Shown piece by piece: positions 29,035 through 40,758 of a DNA stretch of 64,000 bases. Made by a program: the position numbers and the translations under genes. This DNA is from Planctomycetota bacterium (lineage in GTDB: Bacteria > Planctomycetota > MHYJ01 > WSZJ01), in assembly GCA_038060895.1 (NCBI GenBank), contig JBBTCT010000036.1, forward strand, positions 4,883 through 68,882, in the 5' to 3' direction. The notes beneath the pieces are model-generated. The model was not told the DNA's origin. It worked only from the letters and a program-made list of their open reading frames with translations, and ran no database searches. Each line of letters opens with the position of its first letter. Position 1 is the first letter of the stretch.

Positions 29035-31752
29035 ATGTTGACAGGAAAGCGGTTCTGGACGCTGGCGACGGTCCTCGGGCTTTGCGTTCTCGCGACGGCC
29101 GGTTGCCGCCGCAAGAAGAGCAATGACTCGACGTTCTTCGGAGACAGCATCTTTACGACAGATACGTTCCCCGGCGACACCGTGCAGAACGGCAACGTAG
29201 CCGACGACGGAAAGGGCATGAGCCCCTCACTGGGTGGGGCGAACACGGGAAGTGTTCGAGTGACGTTCAACGGTGACCGCTGCACGGCGATGGTCACGTA
29301 CTTCCTCGGCGGTAGCGGTTTCTTTGGCTCCGGCAACAGCGGCCTGTACGCCCATTATTACGATGGCACGACGTGGACACCGCCGGTGCTGCTCCAGACA
29401 ATCGACTCGAACCAGGGGAACGGACTCGACGTGGGTTCGGTCGTGCACGTCGCCCTGAACACGGACCAGCACACCAGCAGTTTCGCGCAGGACCGGAACG
29501 GCGACTGGATGATCTTCTTCAAGATCAACGACGTCGACACCGACGCGGGAGGTCCTGACGACATCAACACGACGCTGCAGTACGTTTACTTCAACGTGGA
29601 ACACTCGACGAGCGCAAGCCGCCACTACGGCTTCAGTGAGTTCTCCACGCGCATTGACGTGCAGGACGAAACGGGCGAGAACGTCAACACGTTCGGCATC
29701 GTCAGCGACGGTCTTTGCGGTCAGGCCGCGTGGGTGAATGGCGCGCGCAACTACACCTGGGGCGACCAGGTGACTTCGGTTGAAGTCGTCTTCAACCAGG
29801 CTGAGAACAACGACGGCGTCGCCGGTACTGAAGACTTCGCTGTGTACTCGGTCCGGTTCGATCCGGCCGAAGCCACCCTGGGGACGCAGCCGATCACTCC
29901 GACCGGCACCGTGCGCCTCAGCATCGCCGCTCTCGGCGCTTCCGACTCGGGCACGTCGAGCGAAGAGACGCTGGTGTACGGCGAGTTCATGACCTACAAC
30001 AACAACCTCTTCATCCATGTCGCGGCCGAGAACGACACGATCGGCGACGACCCGGCCAACCTGAACGGCTACGGTTTCAGCGGCGAAGCGGGGCTCGACA
30101 TCATCATGGAGAACATCGCTTACAACCTGTCCACGGGCACGATCGGCGCCGCCACGGAACTTCAGTCGGGCGCTCCGGCTGCCACGGACACGGTCGAGAA
30201 CTTCGCCGAATGGATTCAGCCGGACGGCGGGTTCCTCAATTTCAACCAGACCCAGGGCCGCGTGATCTACGGTTCGGACGAGGGTCTCGCCGTGCTGGTG
30301 TTCTACCACTGCCAGGTTGCAGGCGACCTGGACGGAGAAGTCGACTTCGGCGACCTGACCAACGACGGTCGCATCATCCTGACCGAGCTCGTCGAGAGCA
30401 CGGGCGGGTTCAACGGCCAGATCTTCCTCGACCTCGAGCAGCCCTTGATCACGGATACGGTGGGCGTGATCGTGATCGACACCAGGATGAGCCGGAACGG
30501 CGACTACATCTGGTGCGCCTGGGGAGAAGTTCTGGACTCGGGCATCACCGACGAAGTCGCGGTGTTCGCTTCACAGTACACGACCACACGGATCAACGAC
30601 GACGGCACCTTCCCGGTGGCGTTGGCGTTCGGAGATTCGGTCAGCGCTCCGATTCAGGTCTCCGCGGACGTCGACGGCGAGGGCGTGACGTGGCTCGCGT
30701 TCCAGGATTGCCTGGGCTACGTTTGCGGCGCCCAGAGCGACCCGAACTCAATGAACCTCGTGTTCGAGCAGTCCAGCGGCACGTTTGACGAAATTGACCG
30801 CTGCGAGCTGATCGCCGACATCATTCCTCCGGGCTGCGTCCCGGGCTTCGTGACCACGATCTTCGAGGTCTCGAATGCGGGTGAAGACGGTGACTATGTC
30901 GATAGCAGCCTGAACACCGCCGGCAACCGGTTCAAGGCCACGGACGGTGGGCACAACGGCGACATCTATGCCGTGTACCGCGAAGACATCGATTCGACGG
31001 CCACCGACGATTTCCGCTGCGTCGCCGAGCGCGACGGCACGGTTTTCCCGGGCGCCGGCTTCATCGACACCTTCGTGACTTTCCGCCAGATCCCCGCTCA
31101 GGCATTTACGTTCATCTGCCTGCCCGCGGGCCAGAGCATCGGTCGGTTCGATGTCGTCAGCCTGACCGACGACCAGAGCCGGTTCCATCCGAATACGTTC
31201 GTGCATACCTTGTTCTTCGAGGACTCCATCAGTGAGTTCGACGTCCTCAACGATGCGCTCCGTACCCGGCAGTTTAACGCCGCGGACACGGGCGAGACCT
31301 TTACGGAAGCCTTCGTGCCGGAAGCCGGAGCCGTCTATTTCGATCCGTTCGAAATTACCCTTCCGAACGTCGGTGATCCGACCTACATCACACCTCCGTA
31401 CATCATGGCGATCGGTCGTGATGGCGACGTCGCTGGCGTGATGTTCTTCAGCCAGCTCCACGTCTACTATCAGGAGTGCGCGACGAACCAGAGCAGCATC
31501 GGCTGGGCGCTTGCCGAGGGCGACAGCGGAGATCTGGCGGCCGACGTCATCACCCCGGCAGGCAATCCGTTCTTGGTGGATGACTCGGAACTCGAGTCGT
31601 ACGTCAACAACAACGCGGGTAACCCCGTGGCGTTCACCAAGTCCTGCACTTGCAGCAACCTCGGGTGCATGATGGCTTTCTGGGTCGACAATCCGGCTGA
31701 CAGCCAGACCCTTCGTCTGCACGTCCGGGTTCGTTTCAACCAGGGTAACTAG
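29035..31752 (+). CDS. Large acidic lipoprotein A of unknown family (905 aa)
   Basis: GAGGAG RBS; lipobox LATAG-C; Asp/Gly/Thr-rich beta-type sequence; full-length paralogue at 47760..50462. Confidence 0.85.
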   Translation: MLTGKRFWTLATVLGLCVLATAGCRRKKSNDSTFFGDSIFTTDTFPGDTVQNGNVADDGKGMSPSLGGANTGSVRVTFNGDRCTAMVTYFLGGSGFFGSGNSGLYAHYYDGTTWTPPVLLQTIDSNQGNGLDVGSVVHVALNTDQHTSSFAQDRNGDWMIFFKINDVDTDAGGPDDINTTLQYVYFNVEHSTSASRHYGFSEFSTRIDVQDETGENVNTFGIVSDGLCGQAAWVNGARNYTWGDQVTSVEVVFNQAENNDGVAGTEDFAVYSVRFDPAEATLGTQPITPTGTVRLSIAALGASDSGTSSEETLVYGEFMTYNNNLFIHVAAENDTIGDDPANLNGYGFSGEAGLDIIMENIAYNLSTGTIGAATELQSGAPAATDTVENFAEWIQPDGGFLNFNQTQGRVIYGSDEGLAVLVFYHCQVAGDLDGEVDFGDLTNDGRIILTELVESTGGFNGQIFLDLEQPLITDTVGVIVIDTRMSRNGDYIWCAWGEVLDSGITDEVAVFASQYTTTRINDDGTFPVALAFGDSVSAPIQVSADVDGEGVTWLAFQDCLGYVCGAQSDPNSMNLVFEQSSGTFDEIDRCELIADIIPPGCVPGFVTTIFEVSNAGEDGDYVDSSLNTAGNRFKATDGGHNGDIYAVYREDIDSTATDDFRCVAERDGTVFPGAGFIDTFVTFRQIPAQAFTFICLPAGQSIGRFDVVSLTDDQSRFHPNTFVHTLFFEDSISEFDVLNDALRTRQFNAADTGETFTEAFVPEAGAVYFDPFEITLPNVGDPTYITPPYIMAIGRDGDVAGVMFFSQLHVYYQECATNQSSIGWALAEGDSGDLAADVITPAGNPFLVDDSELESYVNNNAGNPVAFTKSCTCSNLGCMMAFWVDNPADSQTLRLHVRVRFNQGN

Positions 31753-31781
31753 TCGTCGAAGTCGATCGTTCTTTGAATTCG

Positions 31782-31820
31782 ACCAGGCCCCGGCATCCCG
31801 CCGGGGCCTGGTTTCTTTTT
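31782..31820 (+). terminator. Rho-independent terminator
   Basis: ACCAGGCCCCGGC-ATCCC-GCCGGGGCCTGGT followed by TTCTTTTT. Confidence 0.9.
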
Positions 31821-31920
31821 AAGCCTTCGCCCTTGCGCCCCTCGGCGCCCTGTGTTAGCTAGGGTGCGCGCTTTCGCATGGCGGAAGCCACCCGAGGTCC
31901 TCGTAGGATGACTTCTGCCC

Positions 31921-34900
31921 TTGCAGACAAAACGCATCCTGCTCGTGCTGCTCGTGCTTGCCGTGGCGGGAGGAGCGGTCGTGCTTTCCCTCCGCAAGTC
32001 CGGCGTGCCGGAGACTCCACGCGGATTCCTCCAGAGGCCCGGAGTGTTCGTTACGGAATTTGAGAAGTCGGAGGCCGTTTTTGACGTCGCCTCCGGGGCA
32101 GTGAAGAAGTCCTTCATGAAGGCCCTCAAGGCGCGGGACTGGGCATCGGCCGCGGCGAGCCTGACGCCGGATTTCAGGGGTCGTTTTCCTCGACTCGCTG
32201 ATGGCGCGGAAGTGCAGGACAGAAACGTCTCCATCCGCGCCTACAAGGCGTCCGGCCTGCCCGAACTGAAGGCCGAAGCGTTTCTCGCCGCCATCCGCGA
32301 GCAGACCGAGGGTTGGACCCAGGTGGAACGGACAACCTGGCGTCCCTTCGAGTTCCTCCTCGATCCGGCCGAGAACCAGGCGTACCTGAGCATTCACTTC
32401 CAGCTTGCCGGCCCGCTTCCGGACGGGAGACGCATCGACCTCGCGGGGGAGGTGAAAGCGATCATCGTCCGCGCCGGGGAGACCTGGAAGGTGCGGGAAC
32501 TGGGGTGGGAGGATGGGAGCAGACTCGAGGCGAAGTTTGTCCCCTGGGCCGACGTGACGGAGCAGACCGGGTTCACGTTCAACGACTCGCCTGAGAACGC
32601 CAGGCTCGTCCAGGAACTCATCAACGCGCGGCGGACCGTCACCGTGGGCGGGCTGATCGCCGCGGACGTCAACGGGGATGGCTTTCCCGACCTGATCTCG
32701 ACGCGCGCGGAACAGGACACGAACGTCTTTCTGAACGACGGACGCGGCGGATTTACCCGCGGCCAGGCGCCCATCCTCGAAGGGAAGCTGTGTCCGAGGA
32801 GTTTTCTGCTGCTCGACCTGGACGGCGACGGCGTCGAGGAACTGGTCAGCGGGTCCATCGACGAGTACGAAGAGGAGCGCGCCTGGGCCGACATCTGGGT
32901 GAGGAACGGGGATTCCTGGAAGCGGCGCCCGCGGGCGCTTGAGTTCCGGATTGCCAGGGCGACCCGGGACATCGCGATTGAGGCCATCGTCCCCACGGAT
33001 GTCGACGGAGACGGACGCCTCGACCTGTATTTCGGCGCCTACAGCACACGAGATTCCCGAACGACGAAATTCAACCGGATTGCGGCCTACGACGGCGCCG
33101 ACAACCTGCTGTTCATGAACCATGGCGGGCTGAAATTCACGGAAGAGTCCGACCAGAGGGGAATCCGTGGAACGCAGTACACGTTTGTCGCCAAGACGTT
33201 CGATTTTGACGGCGACGGCGATCTCGACCTCTGGGACGGAAACGACTACGGCCCCAACGCGCTCTGGCTCAACGACGGAACCGGCAAGTTCGTGGAGGGG
33301 AAGGGTCACATCCTCCAGGAAGGCTCGAACTACACGATGGGCGTGACGATCGCGGACTGGGACAACACGGGCGCCTGGAGCATGTACATCTCCAACATGT
33401 ACAGCCATGCCGGCAATCGAATCGTCCCCCTCGCGGCGGATCTGGGCGAGGACATCAAGAAGGCGGCTCTCGTGCTCGCGGTCGGAAACCAGATGTACGA
33501 GCGGGACGAAAAGACGAAGGCGTGGCGTGAGACGGGCGTATTCCGGGGAGTCAACTGGGCCGACTGGTCCTGGGCCACCCTCTTCCTGGACGGCGACAAC
33601 GACGGCGACAAGGACCTGTTCGTCGCCAACGGATATACGAGCAACCAGGACGCGCAGGCCCCGGACTACTGAACGCACTTCTGGCGACAGGTGGTCGCCG
33701 ATGCACGGCTCATGCAGCAGGGAAAAAATCCGGGAACGTCGTTCTACGAGGGGTCGCAGTGGTTCCGCGGATCGTGGAGCGGATACGAGCGGGACGATTA
33801 CTTCCACAACCCGGACGGCGCCGACCCCCGCTTCTTCCAGTCTTCCTACATCTACGGCCTCGACTTCGACGACGACGGGCGCGCGGGCGTGCCTGTGGAC
33901 ATCGACGGCGACGGGGACCTGGACCTGGCCCTGCAGAGCCTCCAGGGGTTGCGCCTCATGGAGAACACTTCCCCCGCCCGCAATTTCGCCCGGGTTCGCC
34001 TGACGGCGACAAAGACCGAAAATCTCGCCCTCAACGCCGTCGTCAAGGTCATCTCCGCCGGCGTTGCCCAGCAGGACTACGTCCGCCTGACGGACGGGTA
34101 CGCTTCCCAGGTCCCCCGCGAACTGCACTTCGGCCTCGCGGACGCGACGGGCATCGATGAAATCCGGGTGGAGTGGAGATCCGGCGATGTGCAGGTCCTC
34201 AAAGGCCTGCCGGTCAATCGCCTCATCGAGATCACGGAAGGGCAGGAGAAACCCGTCATTTCCGAGCTCAGGAAATGGCCCGACGAATTCCGGCCGAAGC
34301 GCAAACCTCAGTTTTCCTACGACATCGTCGCAGACCGGATCGAGGGAGGCCCGGGCTCCCTGGCTTCCAAGGGCAAGCCCGTCGTGATCAACTTCTGGGC
34401 GCCCTGGTGCGCCGGTTGCGTCGAGGAACTCCCGGAACTGGCGAGAATCGCTTCCGCGAACGCCGGTGAATTCCAGTTCGTCGGCGTCAGCGTCGAAACC
34501 GGAAAGAAGGAAGATGTCCTGAAGGCCATCGCGGATTTCGGGCTGAAATATCCCCAGTTCTACGCGAACGAAGCTCTTCTCCGGAGTTTCTTCGGGGACG
34601 CGGGAGACGCTGCCCTGCCTTCGACTTTCGTGCTGGATGCGCAGGGAAAACTCCGCCGTGTCTTCCGCAGAGCGCTGGGTTCCGGTGAACTGGACGGGGT
34701 TCTCGACTCGTTGAAGCAGGAAGGAACACGTAAGGCGCTCTATTTCCGCCTCGCGGGCGAGAAGGTCGACGCCGGCAGGCCGGATGAAGCGATTCCCTAT
34801 CTCGACAAGGCCCTGGAGATTTCACCCGACGACGCGGAAGCGTGGTTCCACAAAGGCGGCTGCCTGTTCCAGACCGGCAAGGTCGAAGAGAGCGTGGTGG

Positions 34901-35292
34901 CTCTTCAGAAAGCGATCCAGTACGACCCCAGGCATTCGAAGGCGCTCTACAATCTCGGGGTTGCCATGGTCCGGCAGAAGCGGACGCGGGAAGGGATCGA
35001 CCTTTACGAGCAGGCGCTGAAGCTTGAGGGGGAGAATGCCGGGATGCTGATCGCGCTGTCGGTGGCAGCGGCGGAGCTTGAGTTGTGGCCGAAATCGAAC
35101 GATGCGGCGGACCGCGCACTGAAGTCGAATGCGGAGTACGCACCCGCGTGGCTGCAGAAGGGGAAGCTGCTGATCGTGAACAAGGACTACAAGGCTGCGC
35201 GGGAGCACCTGAACAAGGCGCTGGCTTTAGACTCCGGCCTGGCGGAGGCGCGTCAGTACCTGTTCGAACTGGACCGGATGGGCGCGAAGTAG
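31921..35292 (+). CDS. Candidate selenoprotein copy 2 (FG-GAP / ASPIC-UnbV / TlpA / TPR), 1123 aa with UGA at 33670-33672
   Basis: QAPDY-TGA-THFWRQVV in frame; upstream YISNMYSHAGNR and WADWSW; downstream FRGSWSGYERD, HFGL, FWAPWCAGC, TPRs. Confidence 0.85.
33670..33701 (+). promoter_or_regulatory. UGA plus SECIS-like hairpin (copy 2)
   Basis: TGA-ACGCACT-TC-T-GGCGAC-AGGTG-GTCGCC-GA. Confidence 0.75.
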
Positions 35293-35383
35293 ACTACGGG
35301 TCGGCGGCGGGAGAATTCCCCCGGCGAATCCGGTTTCCCGGTCGTCTAAAGCGGATGGTCGCTTCAGTGAGGAGCAGGTATCG

Positions 35384-36019
35384 ATGAAACCGATGTCGGC
35401 GGTCGGGCTGGCTTTGTCGGTGGTGGCTTGCGTGGCGATGGGATGGGCCTCTTCGAAGCTGTCCGCGCTGAGCGGCTCGATCCGGGCGCTGGACACGCGC
35501 GTGGCAGCACTGGAGGGCGGGGGAGGGGGGGAGGACCCGGGTCCGGCCAACGACGATTCCGGGCGATTGCGTGACGAGATGGTGAGGCTCCAGTCCGAAC
35601 TGGCGGACATCCGGGAGTTCCAGAAGAAGCTGGGAGTTTCCGGGACCGGGGACGGCCCCACGCTGGCGGATCTCCGGAAAGCGCTCGAGGAGATCCTCCA
35701 GGAAAAGGAGCTGGCCGCGCGACGCTCGAGAGCGGAGAAGGATCTGGTGAAGGCCAGGGCCCACAATGCGGGGCTCCACAAGACGATCGTGGCGCAGATG
35801 AAGATGTCGGAGGCGCAGGCGGCCCATCTGAAGGACATCCTGGATGCTCAGGTGGAAGCCTACCGGTCCCTGCTCATTGAACGGGCCCAGGATTTCGAGA
35901 TGAAGGCCCGGGAACTGAACAAGGCGACCTCCGGGAAGATCAAGGAGATCCTGGTCGAGGAGCAGAAGCCGTACTGGGATCCTTCCAAGGTAAAGTGGTT
36001 CATCGACACACCCGACTAA
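35384..36019 (+). CDS. Membrane-anchored coiled-coil hypothetical protein, LTXXQ-like helices
   Basis: GAGGAG RBS; N-terminal hydrophobic helix; coiled coil; MKMSEAQ...KEILVEEQ pattern. Confidence 0.65.
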   Translation: MKPMSAVGLALSVVACVAMGWASSKLSALSGSIRALDTRVAALEGGGGGEDPGPANDDSGRLRDEMVRLQSELADIREFQKKLGVSGTGDGPTLADLRKALEEILQEKELAARRSRAEKDLVKARAHNAGLHKTIVAQMKMSEAQAAHLKDILDAQVEAYRSLLIERAQDFEMKARELNKATSGKIKEILVEEQKPYWDPSKVKWFIDTPD

Positions 36020-36031
36020 ACCCGTTCGGAG

Positions 36032-36730
36032 ATGACAGACATGGAGGACCGTGCGGGAGTCGGAGCCGTGGCGCTTGCGATCCTGGGGACGCTGGGCGCT
36101 GCGATTCTGCTGGTGCAGGCAGGCCGGGCGTCCGCCAGCGTGGATGCGCTGAATGCGCGGCTGGACAAGGTGCGCCCGGCCGGGCGCGCTGGAAAGGACG
36201 GGGCGATCCAGAAGGCCGAGGCCGCGCGTCTCGACGGCGAGCTCGCCGCCCTCAAGGCCGCTGCAGAGCAGGCTCGCCGGGCCGCTGAGGGCGGCGTGAG
36301 GATCACCGGCCCGGACGGAAAGCCGATGATTGCCGGCGCCGACCTGAAGGCCCTTGCGGCGAAGACGCATGCGGACTGGGAAGCGGAAACCCATCGCGCC
36401 TGGGCGGATCGGCAGGTGTCGAAGATGAAATCAGTCGCGGCCATGACGACCAAGAACCGTGCTGAGCAGCTCAAATTGTCCGCCGAGCAGCAGGAGAAGA
36501 TGGCAGCCGCACTTAACGACATCCTGGTGCAGTGCCAGCCGATACTGCGGCTTGAATCCGTGCCGGACGACATTCCCGCCTGGATTGACGGGCAACTCGC
36601 GGGCTTTGAGCAGAAGATGCGGGAGGTCATGACACCCGAGCAGTACAAGGCCTACTCGCGCCATCCCGTGAACATCATCGGCGGGCTTCTGTACGACGCG
36701 AAGATCCCGCGCCACGACCAGGGCGAGTAA
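36032..36730 (+). CDS. Membrane-anchored hypothetical protein, LTXXQ (Spy/CpxP-like) motifs
   Basis: N-terminal TM; LKLSAEQQEKM and VMTPEQYKAY motifs; start uncertain (36032 or 36041). Confidence 0.65.
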   Translation: MTDMEDRAGVGAVALAILGTLGAAILLVQAGRASASVDALNARLDKVRPAGRAGKDGAIQKAEAARLDGELAALKAAAEQARRAAEGGVRITGPDGKPMIAGADLKALAAKTHADWEAETHRAWADRQVSKMKSVAAMTTKNRAEQLKLSAEQQEKMAAALNDILVQCQPILRLESVPDDIPAWIDGQLAGFEQKMREVMTPEQYKAYSRHPVNIIGGLLYDAKIPRHDQGE

Positions 36731-36748
36731 GGGCTCGCGTTCGGCGCG

Positions 36749-37252
36749 TCAGCGCGACAGGGTCCGCGTCATGCTGCGCCAGCTCTCCCATTCCTTGTTC
36801 GCGGTGTTGCCCCACTCCTTGGCCTTCTGCCAGTGGGCGTCCGTCACCAGCACGCTGTTGATCTGCCACATCAGGAACACGTTCGGGATCTGGCTGCTGG
36901 CCTCAACGCTGGCCTCCAGGCGGGGAAGCGCCTCCCGCTCCGTGGCAGTCACCTTTTCGTCGGCTTTCGACTTATTGATGTGCTCCTTGACAGCGGCGAG
37001 AAGCGCCGTGAATCCGACGTTGATCTGGTTCAGGGCCTCCACATTCTTCTTGTCCGTGAATTCCTTCTCGTGCTTCTTCCATTCGGCCTGCAAGTCGGAG
37101 TATGCCTTCTCAAGTTCGATGCCCTTCACCGAAAGCTTACCTTCCTTCCCCGGCTCATCACCTACGGATCCGGACATGGAGTACATGCCCACGACGGCGC
37201 CGAAGGCGAGCAGGCCAAGGCCGAGGATGACGACCAGCGCCTTGATGTTCAT
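36749..37252 (-). CDS. Membrane-anchored helical hypothetical protein
   Basis: ATG at 37252, N-terminal TM helix, coding-like codon usage. Confidence 0.65.
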   Translation of the reverse strand: MNIKALVVILGLGLLAFGAVVGMYSMSGSVGDEPGKEGKLSVKGIELEKAYSDLQAEWKKHEKEFTDKKNVEALNQINVGFTALLAAVKEHINKSKADEKVTATEREALPRLEASVEASSQIPNVFLMWQINSVLVTDAHWQKAKEWGNTANKEWESWRSMTRTLSR

Positions 37253-37383
37253 GGCCGGGCATTGTAAGCGCGAGTCGCGAGGACGCAAGGCGGCAGTGGC
37301 GCGATTACGAGGGGCGTTGTCCGGCCGCGCACCCACGGCTATCATGACGTCTTCTCGGGGACGGACCTTACCGGAGTGATCTC

Positions 37384-40300
37384 GTGGCGGACGGCGGGTC
37401 GAACGGCCGGCGCTTCCTGGCGTTCGGGGGAGGCCTGTTGATCCTGGTGCTGGGCGCGATCGCGCTCGTGGCGCTTCTCAAATCGCCGCCCGCCGGGCCC
37501 GGGGAATTCGTCCCCCGCCCGGCCTCGTTCATCTCGGACATCGTGAAGTCCGAGGACGCCTACGACATCGTCAACCCGACCATCAAGGGGACATTCGTCA
37601 AGGGGCTGAAGGGGCGCGACTGGGGGATGGTGGCCTCGTCGCTGGCGCCGGACTTCAAGGCGCGGTGGCCGAAACCCGGCGACGGCAGGGAACTGCCCGA
37701 TGGGGCCATCGCGCTTCGCGAGTACCGCGAGACGCAGTGGCCCGACGCGGACGCGGCGGCGTTCGTCCAGATCCTCAAGGAGCACGTCGACGGCTGGTCA
37801 GCGGTGGAACGCACGACCTGGCGTCCCTTCGAATTCCTCATGGACATCGGCGGCCTCGCGGCCTTCGCGAGCATCCATTTCCAGGTCGCCGGCGTGCGCC
37901 CGGACGGGACGCGCGCGGACCTCGCGGGGCTCGTGCAGGCGCAATTCGTGTCGAAGGACGGGAAGGCGTGGCAGGTGAGGAGGCTGGAATGGGTGGAGGG
38001 GTGCCGCGGCGAAGCGCGGCACAAGCCATGGCGGGATGTGACGGAGGCGTGCGGGCTGACGTTCAACGAAGGCGAGGAAGTTCGCAAGCTGCGCGCGCAG
38101 CTCATCGACGACCGCGGCGTCGTGACGCTGGGTGGGCTGTCGGTCTGCGACTGGAATGGGGACGGGTTCTACGACGTGCTCGCGACGCGCGCGGGGACCG
38201 AGTCGGCGCTTTTCATGAACGACGGAAAGGGCGGTTTCGTGCGTGCGGCGTCGCCGATGAAAGAGGGGCGCGAAGCGGGATTCAGTCCGCTCCTCCTCGA
38301 TCTCGACGGCGACGGGAAGGATGAACTGCTGACCGGGCAAGTGCTTTCCTACGAGAACCAGACGGCGTACATCGGCGTCTACGTGCAGGAGAACGGAGGG
38401 TGGACGCTGCGCCCGAGGGCGCTGGCGGCGCCGCTGGCGAAGGGCACGCGCGCCGTGCTGGTGCAGGGCGTCGAGCCGATGGACGCGGACGGCAATGGGC
38501 TCATAGACCTGTTCTTCTGCAACTATTCCAGCACGGATTCACTCGGCAGGGACTTCAACCGCGTCGCGGCCTACGACGGGATGGACAACTGGCTTTTCAT
38601 GAATTACGGGAAGCTGGATCTTCGCGAAGAATCCGACGGGCGCGGGATCGCCGGGACGCAGTACACGTACGTCGCCAAGGCGTGGGATTTCGACGCGGAC
38701 GGCGATTCCGACATCTTCGAGGGGAACGACTTCGGCCCGAACCACCTCTGGCTGAACGACGGGAAGGCGAATTTCGCGGAAGCGAAGGACCATATTTTCG
38801 GCGCCGACTCGAACTACACGATGGGCGTGTCCATGGCGGACTTCGACAACACGGGCGACTGGACGATGTACATCTCGAACATGTACTCGCACGCCGGGAA
38901 CCGCATCGTGCCGCTGTCGAAGGGGATCAGCCCGGAAATGAAGCGGCTCGGGATGATCCTCGCGCAGGGGAACCAGATGTACGAGCGCAGGGGCGGCGTG
39001 TGGAGCGAGACTGCGGTCGCTCGCGGCACGAACTGGGCGGACTGGGCGTGGTCGTGCCTCTTCTTCGACGCGGACAACGACACCGACAAAGATCTCTTTG
39101 TCGCGAACGGTTTCACGACGAACACGGACCCGAAGGCCCCGGACTACTGAACGCACTTCTGGCGCCAGGTGGTCGCCGACGCGAAGGCCGTGGAGACAGG
39201 GGGGCGGACGTCGCTCACCAACGCGAACATCCAGCGCGACTTCCGCGGGTCTTGGAGCGGCTACGAACGCGACTGCCTCTTCCAGAATCCGGACGGACTG
39301 GCGCCGCGGTTCGTGAACTGCGGGTACCTTTACGGGCTGGACTTCGACGACGACGGGCGGTCGGCCTGCCCGGTGGACATCGACGGCGACGGGGACCTCG
39401 ACATGGTGTGCCTGTCGCTTCAGGGCCTGCGTCTCATGGAAAACACGTCCCCGAAACGGCACTTTGCGCGCATCCGGCTTTCGGCCGGGCCGTCGCACGT
39501 TCTTCCGCTCAACGCACTCGTGAGGGTGACGGCCGGCGGAGTGACCCAGCAGGACACGCTGCGCATCACCGACGGATTCCTCTCCCAGGTCCCCGCCGAC
39601 CTGCATTTCGGGCTCGGCAGCGCGGACAAGATCGACGCAGTCGAGATCACCTGGCCCGGAAGCGGTACGCCGGCGCGATTTTCGGCTCTTCCCGCAAACC
39701 GCCTGCTCGAATTCGTGCCCGGGGAAGCGGCCCCTCGCGTTTCGGAGCTTCGGGCCTGGCCGGCCGAAACGCGGCCGCGGCTGGCGCCCGAGTTTTCGTT
39801 CGCGATTGCGGCGAAGGGGCTCGATGGGAGCGAAGGGCCGCTGGCGGAGAAGGGAAAGCCGGCAGTTGTGAACTTCTGGTCGCCGACGTGCGCGCCGTGC
39901 AAGGAGGAGCTTCCGCTTCTCGCGGCTGCGGCGGACCGGCTCGCGGGACAGGTCCGGTTCGCCGGCGTGAGCACGGAGATCGCCGACGTCGCTTCGGTGA
40001 CTCAAGCGGCCGCCGCGTTCAAGCTCAATTACCCGCAGTTTCTCGCGAACGACGCCCTCGTGCGCAGTTTCTTCGGCGCCGGCGGCGCGGTCATTACGCC
40101 CTCCACGTTCGTCTTCGACGCAGGCGGCCGCCTGCGGCGTGTCTTCCAGCGGACGATCGCGGCAGGCGAGCTGGAAGCCCTGCTCTCGACCTTGAGGGAC
40201 GAGGGACTCTCGGCCTACGACCTCGAGCGCCGTGGGATGCGCTTCATGGACGTCGAGAACTACGAGCAGGCCGCCGCGTTCCTCAAGCAGGCCTCCGACC

Positions 40301-40758
40301 TGCGCGGTGACGACGCCATGCTTCTCTATAATCTCGGCGTCGCGTTACAGCGCCTGGGCCGGAAGGGGGAGTCGCACGCCGCGTTCCTGCGTTCCTTCGA
40401 GCTCGATCCCGGCTATGCGCCGGTCCATCACAATCTTGCGGAAGCCCTCCGGCTGGATTCCCGTTTCGAGGAGGCCGCGGTCCATTACCTCGAGGCGATC
40501 CGGATTCGCGGCGATGAGTACGAGACCTGCTGGGGGCTCGGCGATTGCTGGTCGCGCCTCGGTCGGTCCCAGGAGGCGCTTCTTGCCTTCGACCGAGCGA
40601 TCGCGATGGATTCCCGGCAGACCCGGGCGCTGAAGTCAAAGGCGCTGGAGCTGTCCAAGCTGGGAAAGCCGGGCGAAGCGGCGGCCATCCTGAGAAAGGT
40701 GCTGAGCCTGGCGCCGGGCGACAAGGAAGCCGCCCAGTGGCTGGAGCAGCTCCGGTGA
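37384..40758 (+). CDS. Candidate selenoprotein copy 3 (FG-GAP / ASPIC-UnbV / TlpA / TPR), 1124 aa with UGA at 39148-39150
   Basis: KAPDY-TGA-THFWRQVV in frame; same motifs; FWSPTCAPC; GTG start after GGAG. Confidence 0.85.
39148..39179 (+). promoter_or_regulatory. UGA plus SECIS-like hairpin (copy 3)
   Basis: TGA-ACGCACT-TC-T-GGCG-CC-AGGT-GG-T-CGCC-GA (folds with a 3' bulged U, or with one mismatch in the register of the other copies). Confidence 0.65.

Noticed and set aside
33691-39171. Independent GTG starts (MVADA...) for the downstream halves of copies 2 and 3
   Set aside because: No RBS, the GTG lies in the hairpin loop, and the equivalent codon is GTC in copies 1, 4 and 5, so it is not a conserved start.
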